Shown here: positions 1 through 9,950 of the stretch, piece after piece
Layout of the letters: the number at the start of each line of letters is the position of its first letter
Position numbering within the stretch: position 1 is the stretch's first letter
Assembly: GCA_048940925.1 (NCBI GenBank)
Contig: JBHLOC010000038.1
Span: forward strand, 4,602 to 46,234
Direction of reading: 5' to 3'
Length of the DNA: 41,633 nucleotides
Origin: Promethearchaeota archaeon
GTDB lineage: Archaea; Asgardarchaeota; Lokiarchaeia; Sigyniarchaeales; SOKP01
Position numbers and translations under genes: made by a program
Notes under the pieces: generated by a model
What the model saw: the letters and a program-made list of their open reading frames with translations, nothing else
What the model was told of the DNA's origin: nothing
Databases searched by the model: none

Positions 1-770
1 AACAATACTTTTTCTAAACCTGCGTAGTCTATTAAATCCCGTAATTCTCTACAGAATAATCTATATTTGCCAAATGCGTAAGCTTGCCACATTGCCATAT
101 CCCCATATAAATTTGGATAAAATGCTGCAAGTGCTGCCCATTCTCTCCATTTGGGTGCACTCCCCATATGAGCTGCGATGATCTTTAATTTAGGGAGTTT
201 ATTTGAGGTTTCTGAGAGTAGAATTGGTTCGGTATATTTACACTTGGCAGGTGGACCTAATGGTCCGGTATGTGTAAGTAATATTCCTCCCTTCTTTTCT
301 AAATATTTCAAAATTTTGATTGATTCTGGACTATTTGGATTATATCCGCTATCGCAGTGATATTTTAACCCTTTCATCCCATATTCCTTAAAACATTGCT
401 TTAACATCTCTAAAGCGTTTTCCCTTCTTGGATCGACTCCTGCAAAAGCCATTAAACGATCGGGATATTTATTAGCTATATCTGCGATCCTCTTATTAAT
501 CATCTGAGCGATTTCCTCTGTCATCCCCTCATTATCCATATTATCCACAGTATTGACACATGTGAAATCAATTCCTGTTTCATTCATCCATTTAATTATT
601 CTCTCTCCAGTCTTATCAGGATATCGTTCAGCAGCTCTACGGGCTAATGTTACCTTATCAATTTTAATTCCCACTACTTTAGCCACTCTAGATTGCTCTC
701 CCATACGATTCAATAAATTTTCATATTTTATAGAAAATGGACTTAGGTGATAATGTACGTCAATGATCAT
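1..770 (-). CDS. Amidohydrolase_2 family metal-dependent hydrolase, 3' end outside window (not in ORF track)
   Basis: Manual translation from ATG at 770: MIIDVHYHL...KYPDRLMAFAGVDPR...GMKGLKYH...LLTHTG...KIIAAHMG...YPNLYGDMA...GLEKVL. Open to the window edge, with typical Amidohydro_2 motifs. Confidence 0.88.
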   Translation of the reverse strand, partial: MIIDVHYHLSPFSIKYENLLNRMGEQSRVAKVVGIKIDKVTLARRAAERYPDKTGERIIKWMNETGIDFTCVNTVDNMDNEGMTEEIAQMINKRIADIANKYPDRLMAFAGVDPRRENALEMLKQCFKEYGMKGLKYHCDSGYNPNSPESIKILKYLEKKGGILLTHTGPLGPPAKCKYTEPILLSETSNKLPKLKIIAAHMGSAPKWREWAALAAFYPNLYGDMAMWQAYAFGKYRLFCRELRDLIDYAGLEKVL

Positions 771-1020
771 CTTTTATAACCTTACTTTAAAATTAATTTC
801 ATGAATTAATTTCATACAGTGATTTTAATAAAAATAATTTTATGAAATAAGTTTAATTCTCATATCGTTAACGCTTGATCCTTATTACATTCGTCCTATT
901 CTCATTTCAATTATATTTCATACATTTTTAAATTGATTTGCTATTATTCATTACTTTTACGTAAAAGATTAAAATAATGTTTTAATTGAATAATATATTT
1001 GATGTTTGTAAGGTGGTATT

Positions 1021-2463
1021 TTGAATCAAATTGACTTTTTCGAGAAATTGTTTTATCCAAAAACGCTCGCTTTTATAGGTGCAAATCCAAGAAGGATATG
1101 GCATTTGGAAGGATACATAAAGAGATTTCCAAAAGATTCTCTCTATATTGTTTCGGACTATTATGATGAACTTATAGAAAAACACGAAGAATTAATAAAA
1201 GATGTGAAGTTATATAGAGACATTTCGGAGATTCCCGATGGAATTGACCACAGTGTAATTTCAGTTAGCAGAAATAGATTAATAAAAACAATAAAGAAAT
1301 GTTTAGAAAAAAAATTTTATACGATTCATGTATTTTCAGCAGGAACCGGTGAATTCGATGAGAAAGGATATGAAATTGAAGCAGAATTATACGAACTATT
1401 CAAAAACAACGAAAATAGCCGACTTGTGGGTCCAAACTGTATGGGAATATACAGTCCAAGGGGAAAATTCTCATATAACGAACGTTTTAGTGAACAAGCC
1501 GGTAATTTTGCATTAGTTTCACAAAGTGGGGATCTTACTAATCGGATTGTTTCTAGTCTAAATGATAGAGGTGTGTATCTTTCTTATGCGGCGAGTGTAG
1601 GAAACTCCATTTCTCTTAGATCTTCAGATTTGATAGATTACTTTAATAAAGATGACTATACAGATGTAATCTTATCATATATGGAAGGGTTTTCTCAATT
1701 TCGAACATCAGAATTTGAGGGCAGAATTTTTTTCGATTCGTTGAAGAATAATAAAAAACCATTACTTCTATTAAAAGGGGGAACTTCAGAGTTAGGAAAG
1801 AGAGCAGCAAGTAGTCATACGGGATCATTAGCATCACCAAATGAAATTTGGAATTGCTTATACAAGCAAACAAATGCTATCCCAATAGAATCATATGAAG
1901 AATTAATTAATACTGCTGCATTGTTTAGATTCTGTTCCAATTGTGAACCCAAACATAACAGCTTACTAATGATAACTTTTAGTGGAGGATCTTCAGTGCT
2001 AGGTGTAGATGCAATTTCTCGCTTGAATGCTGGAATAGATGTTCCTGCAATACGAGAACCTACTCAATCCAAAATGAAAGAATTAATAAGGGTAGGCTCT
2101 ATAACAAATCCTTTGGATCTTCCAGATCTTAGAGACGAAGAAATCCGATTTGAATTATTCAAACTAGCTATCAGTGAAGATTATATATCAGGTGCTGTTC
2201 AGCTTAGCCCTAATCCTAGATTCAGAAGAAGAAATCTAAATGGAGACGAATTAGAAAAATTTTATGCAGAGTTATTAAGATACAAAGAAACTTGCAATAA
2301 TTTGGGAAAACCCTTTATGTTAAATATTCGTAGTCAAGCCGACACAGATTACAAAAAAAAGCTAATAGAATTGGAAATACCTGCTTTCTCGAGCTTTCCA
2401 AGAGCAGCTAAAGCTTTTTCGAATTTATACAGGTATAAGAATACTAAACATTCAGAGACATAA
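1021..2463 (+). CDS. Acyl-CoA synthetase (NDP-forming) alpha subunit / CoA-binding protein
   Basis: N-terminal CoA-binding fold (LFYPKTLAFIGA), GPNCMG, SQSG, SVGN and phospho-His motif AASSHTGSLA. TTG start preceded by AAGGTGG. No ATP-grasp domain. Confidence 0.88.
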   Translation: MNQIDFFEKLFYPKTLAFIGANPRRIWHLEGYIKRFPKDSLYIVSDYYDELIEKHEELIKDVKLYRDISEIPDGIDHSVISVSRNRLIKTIKKCLEKKFYTIHVFSAGTGEFDEKGYEIEAELYELFKNNENSRLVGPNCMGIYSPRGKFSYNERFSEQAGNFALVSQSGDLTNRIVSSLNDRGVYLSYAASVGNSISLRSSDLIDYFNKDDYTDVILSYMEGFSQFRTSEFEGRIFFDSLKNNKKPLLLLKGGTSELGKRAASSHTGSLASPNEIWNCLYKQTNAIPIESYEELINTAALFRFCSNCEPKHNSLLMITFSGGSSVLGVDAISRLNAGIDVPAIREPTQSKMKELIRVGSITNPLDLPDLRDEEIRFELFKLAISEDYISGAVQLSPNPRFRRRNLNGDELEKFYAELLRYKETCNNLGKPFMLNIRSQADTDYKKKLIELEIPAFSSFPRAAKAFSNLYRYKNTKHSET

Positions 2464-2740
2464 GACTTACTAGTAATAATAATATCCTTTTTAGAATGAA
2501 AATGATTACAACCAAAATGTTTTTTGAATTTTGCTTTTTATAAACTTTTTGTTAAGGTTACTGTATTTTGGGAATAAACTTGGAAATATTTGCGATGATC
2601 TAAAAATACCATTGTTAAGCAACACTTCATTTCCAACATTATATTTAAAATCATAAGTGGCTTACTATTATATTGTTGTAATCCTAATTTTACAATTATA
2701 TCTTATTAAGATATATAAAACCTAAAGTTGTGATAAAAAA

Positions 2741-3277
2741 ATGGAGCAAAAAATGGTGGATATTGATTCTAGATTTGAGGAAGAACTTGCACGCCTAAAA
2801 GAATCTTTGCCTAAAGAAATGCCTGCTGGTTGTGCTGAAGCAACATTGAGATATATTTTCAATATACTAGGAATAGAAGATCAACTAATCAATAATATTA
2901 TGATCTCCTTATCCGGAGGATTCGGTGGCTATAAGTCAGAGAAAGGATGGTCTGGACCATGTGGAGCCGTGGTTGGAGGGTGTGCTGCAGTAGGAGCAAT
3001 ATTAGGTGGAAAAGAAAAAGAACCGTTATCGATGAATATAATTCCTGTCGCCTATATGAAATCCGCACAATTTGCGAAAGAATTTGAGAATGAGTTCGGA
3101 TCAGTAATTTGTCCTAATCTATCAGGATTTGATTTCAGTAAATATGATGGAGTAACCGAAGCTTTGATGGACTATATAAAGGAGGGAGTTTGGGGAAAAA
3201 CCTGTCATAAATATGTTCTATGGGCGATTGATAATATTCGAAAGTTGATGAAGGAAGAATTGAAAGAAAAATGGTAA
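2741..3277 (+). CDS. C_GCAxxG_C_C family putative redox protein
   Basis: GCAE...SGGFGG...GPCGAVVGG...FGSVICPNL...TCHKY gives the family four-Cys pattern. All Cys, no in-frame UGA. Confidence 0.85.
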   Translation: MEQKMVDIDSRFEEELARLKESLPKEMPAGCAEATLRYIFNILGIEDQLINNIMISLSGGFGGYKSEKGWSGPCGAVVGGCAAVGAILGGKEKEPLSMNIIPVAYMKSAQFAKEFENEFGSVICPNLSGFDFSKYDGVTEALMDYIKEGVWGKTCHKYVLWAIDNIRKLMKEELKEKW

Positions 3278-3319
3278 TTCCTGATAAAATTTTTCAACAT
3301 TAAATTAATCTATTTTTTT

Positions 3320-4441
3320 TTATTTTCTTTCTAAATTTTTTTTGGTTACGCAATATACTGGCCCTTTTCTCATTACTTCTAAGCAAGAATTACAACTTAT
3401 GCATTTTGCTGGAGAAATATCGCCACTTTTCCAACGATTAGGTAAATCAGGTTCATATATCAAAGGACGACACATCGAAATGAAATCTGCGTGGTTGGCT
3501 TGAAGAATTTTTTCAGCAGAGAGGGGATTTTTAATACCTCCCACCAAAATTAATTTTGTCTTATTTAATAGCGGTTTTATTGCCTTAGCTGTGGATAAAA
3601 AATAGTTTTCATCGTCAGATGATTTAATGATTTTAGAAGGATAAGGATTTTTATGAAATAATTGACTTTCATAAATCCCTCCACTCGGTTCAATTGCATC
3701 ATACCCGATATCAGCAAGAATCTTTGCGATTTTTAAGCTCGTGTCTAATGTGAGTCCTCCAGGCACTGAATCATAAGTCTGCAGTTTAATTGTTATTGGG
3801 AATTTTTTTCCAAGCTCATCTCTAATTTGATTGAAGATTTCTACTAGAATTTTAGCCATATTTTCAATGTTACCCCCAAATTCATCCTTACGTCTGTTTG
3901 TATAAGGTGAAATGAAATTACTTAAAAGATACCCATGACATGCATGTAGCTGAACCATATCATATCCGCATTCATAAGCACGAATAGCTGTTTCTTTAAA
4001 TTTTTTTATTAATTCATGAATCTCTTCAATACTTAACTCTTTTGGTGTTAGACCTGTTGTCTTATCTGGAATCGGAGAAGGAGCGATAGGAGGAAATTTT
4101 GGATGCTCAACTTGCCGTCCCATATGAACAATCTGTATAGCGAGCTTAACGTTGGGTTGATCATGCACTATTTTTACTAATTTTTTTTGTCCTGGAATGT
4201 AAGAGTCATTGTCTAATCGAAGCTGATATGGACTTCCTGTAGCACTCGGATCTATTCCCGTAAATCCAGTAATAATTAAACCTGTTCCACCGCGTGCTAA
4301 TTCATCATAAAAATCAATTATTCTTTGACCAACAAATCCATATTTTTCAGCTCTATGCTCAAAAGTAGCTGACCTAACAATTCTATTCATAATTTCTATA
4401 TTTCCAATTTTTCCGGGGTTGAAAAGTTTTTTTAACTCCAT
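3320..4441 (-). CDS. NADH:flavin oxidoreductase (Old Yellow Enzyme family)
   Basis: NRIVRSAT, GGTGLIITG, QIVHMGRQ, VQLHACHGYLLSNFISPYTNRRKDEFGG, CRPLIYEPDL, and C-terminal CISCNSC (probable Fe-S). Confidence 0.92.
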   Translation of the reverse strand: MELKKLFNPGKIGNIEIMNRIVRSATFEHRAEKYGFVGQRIIDFYDELARGGTGLIITGFTGIDPSATGSPYQLRLDNDSYIPGQKKLVKIVHDQPNVKLAIQIVHMGRQVEHPKFPPIAPSPIPDKTTGLTPKELSIEEIHELIKKFKETAIRAYECGYDMVQLHACHGYLLSNFISPYTNRRKDEFGGNIENMAKILVEIFNQIRDELGKKFPITIKLQTYDSVPGGLTLDTSLKIAKILADIGYDAIEPSGGIYESQLFHKNPYPSKIIKSSDDENYFLSTAKAIKPLLNKTKLILVGGIKNPLSAEKILQANHADFISMCRPLIYEPDLPNRWKSGDISPAKCISCNSCLEVMRKGPVYCVTKKNLERK

Positions 4442-4601
4442 GTTACTGTCAATAATTTCGTTCTTTTTTTATTTTAATCATTTCTGAATATTAATTTTGA
4501 TTTATGAGGTTAGAAATTGTTTAATAAAATTAAAATCTATGAGTATATGCTAATTATAAAATTCATAAAAAATAAGTTTTGAAAAAAATGAAATTATTTT
4601 A

Positions 4602-4642
4602 AGTGTATAATGGTGAAATCGGAAGGCTTCACCATATACACT
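4602..4642. repeat. Inverted repeat / GNRA-capped hairpin between divergent genes
   Basis: AGTGTATAATGGTGAA-ATCGGAAGGC-TTCACCATATACACT: 15-bp stem with a single bulged base. The loop can close as UC-GGAA-GG. Confidence 0.7.
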
Positions 4643-4654
4643 GAATGTAAAGTC

Positions 4655-5275
4655 ATGGACCAGATAAAAAAATTCTATGATTTAGCAGCTGAAGAAACAG
4701 CAGAGAAATGGTATCCAAATGAAATTTTAATGCCAACAATTAGAGATTTTTTATCTAATTTTAAATTAAAACCGAGAATCTTGGATTTAGGATGCGGTAC
4801 AGGACATGAAAGTATGAGACTACATTCTTTAGGCGCAGAGGTAGTAGGAGTAGATTTTAGCTCAGAGTCACTTAAAATAGCTCGAAAAAGAAATCCTGAA
4901 TGCACATTTATCCTAAAGGATTATTTTGAACTTGATAAAAGTATAGGGTTATTCGATGGGATTTTTTCAAGTGGCTCTATAATACATATATCTTATGAAA
5001 AGCTACCCAAATTATTTGAAATATTATTTCATATAGTTAAAAACAATGGATTTTTAGAATTAATTATACAGAAAGGAGAGGGGCAAAGAATTAGAGAACA
5101 CATAATTAAGAATGAGAAAATTGAAAGAATAATTTATTTTTTCACTCTTCAACAATTAAAACCTATTTTACGTCAATTTTCATTTGATTTTTATCGAAAA
5201 GGATATTTAGATACCAAGCTAAAGGAAATGAATTGGCGATGTTATATTTTTCAAAAAATCAATGATCCAGTATAA
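4655..5275 (+). CDS. Class I SAM-dependent methyltransferase
   Basis: ILDLGCGTG motif I, VVGVDFS, FDGIF. ATG 4655 (MDQIKKFYD) preferred to ORF-track ATG 4610, which lies inside the hairpin; start uncertain. Confidence 0.85.
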   Translation: MDQIKKFYDLAAEETAEKWYPNEILMPTIRDFLSNFKLKPRILDLGCGTGHESMRLHSLGAEVVGVDFSSESLKIARKRNPECTFILKDYFELDKSIGLFDGIFSSGSIIHISYEKLPKLFEILFHIVKNNGFLELIIQKGEGQRIREHIIKNEKIERIIYFFTLQQLKPILRQFSFDFYRKGYLDTKLKEMNWRCYIFQKINDPV

Positions 5276-5450
5276 AAGATTTGAAAAATATGATGTCTTA
5301 TAGATAAAGTATTTGCTGAGAAACTACTAATAAAATTTTAAAAACAAAAAGAATTCATATAATGAAATTAATAATGAGTTTGTAGGAATCCTCTTTTTTA
5401 AATTATATTTATTTTAAGGAATTATTTTATTCATTCGAAGATGGTTATTT

Positions 5451-6362
5451 ATGAGTAAGATAAGGTTTGGAGTCACTATTAATGCTGCACCAGAAATGCA
5501 ATACAGGTCTGATTACAATTCAGTTAAAAAAATAGCACAGGATTGTGAAAGATTAGGCTACGACTCGCTTTGGGCTATGGATCATCTTATGTGGGGTGAT
5601 AATAATGAGGGAGGCGTGTTCGAAGCTTGGACATTGCTTTCTGCCTTAGCTGTGGAAACTAAATCCATCAAACTTGGACCATTGGTAGTGTGCAATTCTT
5701 TTAGAAACCCTACATTAACAGCTAAAATTGCATCCACATTTGACATTATCTCCAAGGGAAGATTGATATTTGGCTATGGTGCAGGTTGGAAGGAGGAAGA
5801 ATACAAAGCTTACGGTTATCGATTCGGAGATCCCGCTACTAGAGTAAATCAAATGAGAGAAGGAATATTACTAATAAAGAAGCTCTGGACTGAAGAAAAA
5901 ACAACTTTTCAAGGTAATTTTTATGAAGCAAAAAATGCAATCTGCAAACCAAAACCAATGCAAAAACCACATCCTCCCATCTTGATTGGCGGGGGCGGAG
6001 AAAAGTACACATTAAGGGTAGCAGCCGAAATCGGAAATATATGGAATGTTTGGGGTCCTAGCATTGAAGAATATAAAAAAAAGGTAAATATTCTACAAAA
6101 ACACTGCGATGAATTCGGAAGAAAAATGGATAATATTGATCTTTCCTGGAGTGGTAACATTTTGATTGGAAAAAATGAAAAACAATTGAATGAGAAAATT
6201 AGTAGATATGGAAAAGACATTAGCCTTAGGTGTACATATAACAACTGTATAAAAAAATTACAAGACTATATTGATGTGGGTTGTAGAGAATTCCTTTTTT
6301 CTTTATTTACTTTTAATGAGGAAAAGGAGTCCTTTATGGAGGAGATTGTTTCATCATTTTAG
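5451..6362 (+). CDS. LLM-class (luciferase-like, probably F420-dependent) oxidoreductase, copy 1
   Basis: GYDSLWAMDH, EAWTLLSALA, FRNPTLTAKIASTFDIISKGRL, GAGW, PKPMQKPHPPILIGGGGEK. Confidence 0.9.
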   Translation: MSKIRFGVTINAAPEMQYRSDYNSVKKIAQDCERLGYDSLWAMDHLMWGDNNEGGVFEAWTLLSALAVETKSIKLGPLVVCNSFRNPTLTAKIASTFDIISKGRLIFGYGAGWKEEEYKAYGYRFGDPATRVNQMREGILLIKKLWTEEKTTFQGNFYEAKNAICKPKPMQKPHPPILIGGGGEKYTLRVAAEIGNIWNVWGPSIEEYKKKVNILQKHCDEFGRKMDNIDLSWSGNILIGKNEKQLNEKISRYGKDISLRCTYNNCIKKLQDYIDVGCREFLFSLFTFNEEKESFMEEIVSSF

Positions 6363-6612
6363 AATAAGATATAAAAAACATTAATAGAAAAATTGGAAAC
6401 CTTTTTAACTTGAAGAAATTTAGATCTTTTTTTTTTTATCTAATTCCATTTTTACTTATTAACTTTAGGTATATGTTTTGTCACCTTTTGGTTTTCATTT
6501 GTTATTTTATTATCAGAAGCTTAGATTAAACAGGGATAATTCCAATTAAAATCATCAAAAACTTTTCCTAGTTTCCCTAAGAATTTTTATGTGATAAAAA
6601 GAAAATAATAAT

Positions 6613-7818
6613 ATGGAGTCCAAAAACAAATCTATTTTAGGAGTAATTTTTTTCATAGTAGTAATAGCTGCGGGTATTACCATTCCCTGCTTTTTTTATT
6701 TAAGCCAAATACCCCTTAACAAAACGAATGATGGAACGCAATTAGATGATCCGATAACAACTTCAGCTTATACACCTTCAGGTATTTACGATTTAACACC
6801 CGGAATAATATTTCAATGTGGATGTATCCCTCCTTGTTTAGTAAATTTAGATTATACACAATTCACATTTGTAGATGATGGAACAACATTGACAGTTCAA
6901 CCAGCTATGAATAGTGGCTGTTTTATGACAGGATCTTCGGCGTCTAATGGTCAAATATATGTTTCGTGTATATATCCTGGAGATTGTGATGAAACATACA
7001 CATTAGTAGGCATTTTCACAGATAATAATACTTGGGATGCAACATTCACAGCAACTTTTTCTGGTTCTTGTATGGATTGTACTACATATGTTTTGAGTAT
7101 TACCGGAACAAGGGTTGATTTAGAAGATCCATTAATAACAGATGCTCCAAGCAATTTTACCGTCGAGTATGGTTATACTGGGGTAAGTATTTCGTGGACC
7201 GCAACAGATCTCTATCCATGTAATTACACGATTGAATTACAGGATTTTGGTCTAGTAGCAGGTCCGAGTACATGGTTCAGTGGCACAGCAGTTTCATATA
7301 ATATTCCAGATGGTTTAGAACTAGGGGAATATTTTTATACAGTCAATTTTACGGATGTGTATGGTCATTTTATCACAGATACTGTTAAAATGACTGTAAT
7401 AGAAGATACTTCAGATCCAATAATAACCAATGCTCCGAGCGATTTTATAATTGATCTTAACTACAAAAAGGTAAATATATCATGGACAGCAACAGATACG
7501 AATCCAAACACTTACACGATTGAATTGCAGGGATCCGGTTTGGTAGCAGGTCCAGGTGCATGGTCAAACGGCACAGCAATTATCTATAATGTTCCTGACG
7601 GTTTAGCTGTAGGCGACTATATCTATACTATCAATTTTACAGATGATTTTGATAATTTTGTTACTGATTCAATTACGTTGACTGTTGAAGAAGTAACCAC
7701 AAACGGTAATGGAAATGGTGGTGAAACGAAGGGAATATATGGATACAATTTACTAATAGCTCTAAGTTGTATCGCTATTATCAACTTAATTTTAATTAGA
7801 AAATTGAAGCAAAAATAA
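6613..7818 (+). CDS. Cell-surface protein: N-terminal TM/signal, Cys-rich domain, two Ig-like repeats, Loki-CTERM-like tail
   Basis: Hydrophobic N-terminus; two 96-aa repeats (DPxITxAPSxF...ISWTATD...YTIEL...GLxxGxYxYTxNFTD); Gly/Asn linker, then IYGY, a hydrophobic helix and basic RKLKQK. Confidence 0.8.
   Translation: MESKNKSILGVIFFIVVIAAGITIPCFFYLSQIPLNKTNDGTQLDDPITTSAYTPSGIYDLTPGIIFQCGCIPPCLVNLDYTQFTFVDDGTTLTVQPAMNSGCFMTGSSASNGQIYVSCIYPGDCDETYTLVGIFTDNNTWDATFTATFSGSCMDCTTYVLSITGTRVDLEDPLITDAPSNFTVEYGYTGVSISWTATDLYPCNYTIELQDFGLVAGPSTWFSGTAVSYNIPDGLELGEYFYTVNFTDVYGHFITDTVKMTVIEDTSDPIITNAPSDFIIDLNYKKVNISWTATDTNPNTYTIELQGSGLVAGPGAWSNGTAIIYNVPDGLAVGDYIYTINFTDDFDNFVTDSITLTVEEVTTNGNGNGGETKGIYGYNLLIALSCIAIINLILIRKLKQK
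7126..7690 (+). repeat. Intragenic tandem duplication, 288-nt period (two Ig-like domains)
   Basis: Units start at GATCCA 7126 and 7414; shared DNA such as TACACGATTGAATT and TAGCAGGTCC. Confidence 0.85.
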
Positions 7819-7928
7819 ATTTATTTTTCCTTATAAGTTACCTTTCTGAATAAATTAAGATTCTTCTCTCAAGGAATTGAGGATTTAATAAGACTAATAA
7901 AGGAATATTATTATATTAATTCAGATTT

Positions 7929-8873
7929 TTAAATGAGCTGATAAGTCTTTTGTGTTAAGTTCTTTTTCAAGTAAAAGCCAAATTTTTCGTACATTCTTAA
8001 AGCATTTTCATTTTTTGCATCAACTGCAAGATTAATTATTTTACATCCTTTATCTCGAAGAAATTCAACTCTCGAAGCGAATAAAGCACTTCCGATTCCT
8101 CGGTGATGATAACTAGGAAGAACACTTAAAGTATTAATTACACCAATTTCTCCTGGATCAGGATTAAAATAACTGTTGCAAAACCCTACGATTTTCTCGC
8201 TCTCGTAAGCAATAGCATACTCCATGGTATGATTTTTCTTTACTGCTTCGAGATTCTTTTTCCATTTTCTAGGCTTTAGGTCTACAAACATAAAAGAATC
8301 TTTAAACGCTTCGTTAACTACGAAAACGATACTTTTTAATTGTTCTGAGTCCTTAAACTCATCTTGATCACGAATAATGATTCCTTCTGGGATATCTGGT
8401 GGTGAGAATAGATCAAAATTATCTAAGTCCATAAAGAAATAATAATGTTTAGGTTTGAATCCTAAATTCTCTAATTTATCATCAAAAGGTTTTGATAATT
8501 CTCCTGCTGTCTGTATATAGAGTTCTGGTATACTTTTATTCACACCAAGATTCAAGATGGCATCAATTATCTCCCCAGGTAACTCTGATTCAAGATATTC
8601 TGGTATCAAACCATATATTACCATCTTATCATTCGCAGAGAATGGAAGTTTTATAATACCTGCAAAACCAATAATTTCATTTTCCATGGTCTCAAAGATC
8701 AATAAATTATCCAAAAAATCAGGATCATTATTTAAAATCACTAAGGCATATGCATCATTAACTTCTATAGCAGCAGGATTTAGATATCTATTAAATTTAT
8801 TGTACAACTCTAACAAAGCTGAAAATTCGAAAGAATCATCATATTTTCTAATGTTAAATAATTTCGCACTCAT
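7929..8873 (-). CDS. GNAT family N-acetyltransferase (tandem GNAT domains)
   Basis: C-terminal LSVLPSYHHRGIGSAL and NENALRMYEKFGF; degenerate N-terminal GNAT (IIGFAG...LIPEY...LENLGF). Confidence 0.88.
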   Translation of the reverse strand: MSAKLFNIRKYDDSFEFSALLELYNKFNRYLNPAAIEVNDAYALVILNNDPDFLDNLLIFETMENEIIGFAGIIKLPFSANDKMVIYGLIPEYLESELPGEIIDAILNLGVNKSIPELYIQTAGELSKPFDDKLENLGFKPKHYYFFMDLDNFDLFSPPDIPEGIIIRDQDEFKDSEQLKSIVFVVNEAFKDSFMFVDLKPRKWKKNLEAVKKNHTMEYAIAYESEKIVGFCNSYFNPDPGEIGVINTLSVLPSYHHRGIGSALFASRVEFLRDKGCKIINLAVDAKNENALRMYEKFGFYLKKNLTQKTYQLI

Positions 8874-8962
8874 GAGTATTATAAATCATAGGCAATTATT
8901 TAATAATTAATATAATATATATCTAAGAAAGTCAATTCCTATTCCTCTGAGAATGGTTACTT

Positions 8963-9874
8963 ATGAGTAAAATAAAGTTTGGAATGACTATAAATTCTAC
9001 CCCAGAAATGCTAATCCAATCCGATTACGATTCGATTAAAAAGATAGCACAGGAGTGTGAGAGTTTGGGTTATGACTCCATTTGGGCTATGGATCACCTT
9101 ACATGGGGGATTTTAGAAGAAGGAAACGTGTTCGAAGCGTGGACACTGCTTTCTGCTTTAGCGAGAGACACCAAATCAATCAAGCTTGGACCTTTGGTTG
9201 CTTGCAATGCTTTTAGAAATCCTACTCTGACAGCCAAAATAGCAGCCACTCTTGATATTATTTCCAATGGAAGATTAATATTTGGTTATGGAGCTGGTTG
9301 GAAAGAGGAAGAACACAATTCGTATGGATTTAAGTTCAACGATCGAGTAATAAGGGTGAAGCAGATGAGAGAAGGGATAACTTTAATAAAGAAGCTATGG
9401 ACTGAAAAAAGAACAAGGTTTCAAGGAGATTTTTATGAAGCAAAAGACGCAGTCTGCAATCCAAAACCATTGCAAAAACCACATCCTCCCATCATGATTG
9501 GAGGAGGTGGTGAAAAGTATACACTAAAGATTGCAGCTGAAATTGGAAATATTTGGGACCGTTGGGGTGCTTCTATAGAAGAATATAGAAGAAAGGTAAA
9601 TATATTACATGAATACTGTGAAGAACTTGGAAGAAAATTTGATGATATAGAACTCTCATGGAGTGGTCCTTTTTTGATTGAAAAAGATGAAACACAATTG
9701 AATAAAAAAATTAGAATTTCTGGAAGAGAAAAGGGCATCTTTTGTACTTATAACAACGGTATAGAAATATTACAAGAATATGTTGACTTGGGTTGCTCTC
9801 AATTCATTTTTACATTAGATACTTTCAATGAAGAAAAGGAGACCTTTATGGAAGAGATAGCCTCCTCATTTTAG
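8963..9874 (+). CDS. LLM-class oxidoreductase, copy 2
   Basis: Same length (303 aa) and motifs as copy 1; aligns with it without gaps. Confidence 0.9.
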   Translation: MSKIKFGMTINSTPEMLIQSDYDSIKKIAQECESLGYDSIWAMDHLTWGILEEGNVFEAWTLLSALARDTKSIKLGPLVACNAFRNPTLTAKIAATLDIISNGRLIFGYGAGWKEEEHNSYGFKFNDRVIRVKQMREGITLIKKLWTEKRTRFQGDFYEAKDAVCNPKPLQKPHPPIMIGGGGEKYTLKIAAEIGNIWDRWGASIEEYRRKVNILHEYCEELGRKFDDIELSWSGPFLIEKDETQLNKKIRISGREKGIFCTYNNGIEILQEYVDLGCSQFIFTLDTFNEEKETFMEEIASSF

Positions 9875-9950
9875 AAAAAAATAAGAAAAATTATATCTTC
9901 TTGGCATTTTTTTTTGAAATAAGGAATTTTAGTCTTACTCTTCAGAGATT

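Noticed and set aside
178-750. Plus-strand ORFs 178..360 and 553..750
   Set aside because: Antisense shadows of the minus-strand amidohydrolase that the ORF track missed because it runs off the window.
2741-3277. Possible selenoprotein and SECIS (the family includes Sec members, and Lokiarchaeia use Sec)
   Set aside because: No in-frame TGA, the stop is TAA, and neither hairpin found shows an AUGA/GA SECIS core.
5921-9738. Two similar minus-strand ORFs (5921..6244 and 9433..9738) with PPPP/GGCGFC motifs
   Set aside because: Their similarity only mirrors the duplicated LLM genes on the opposite strand.
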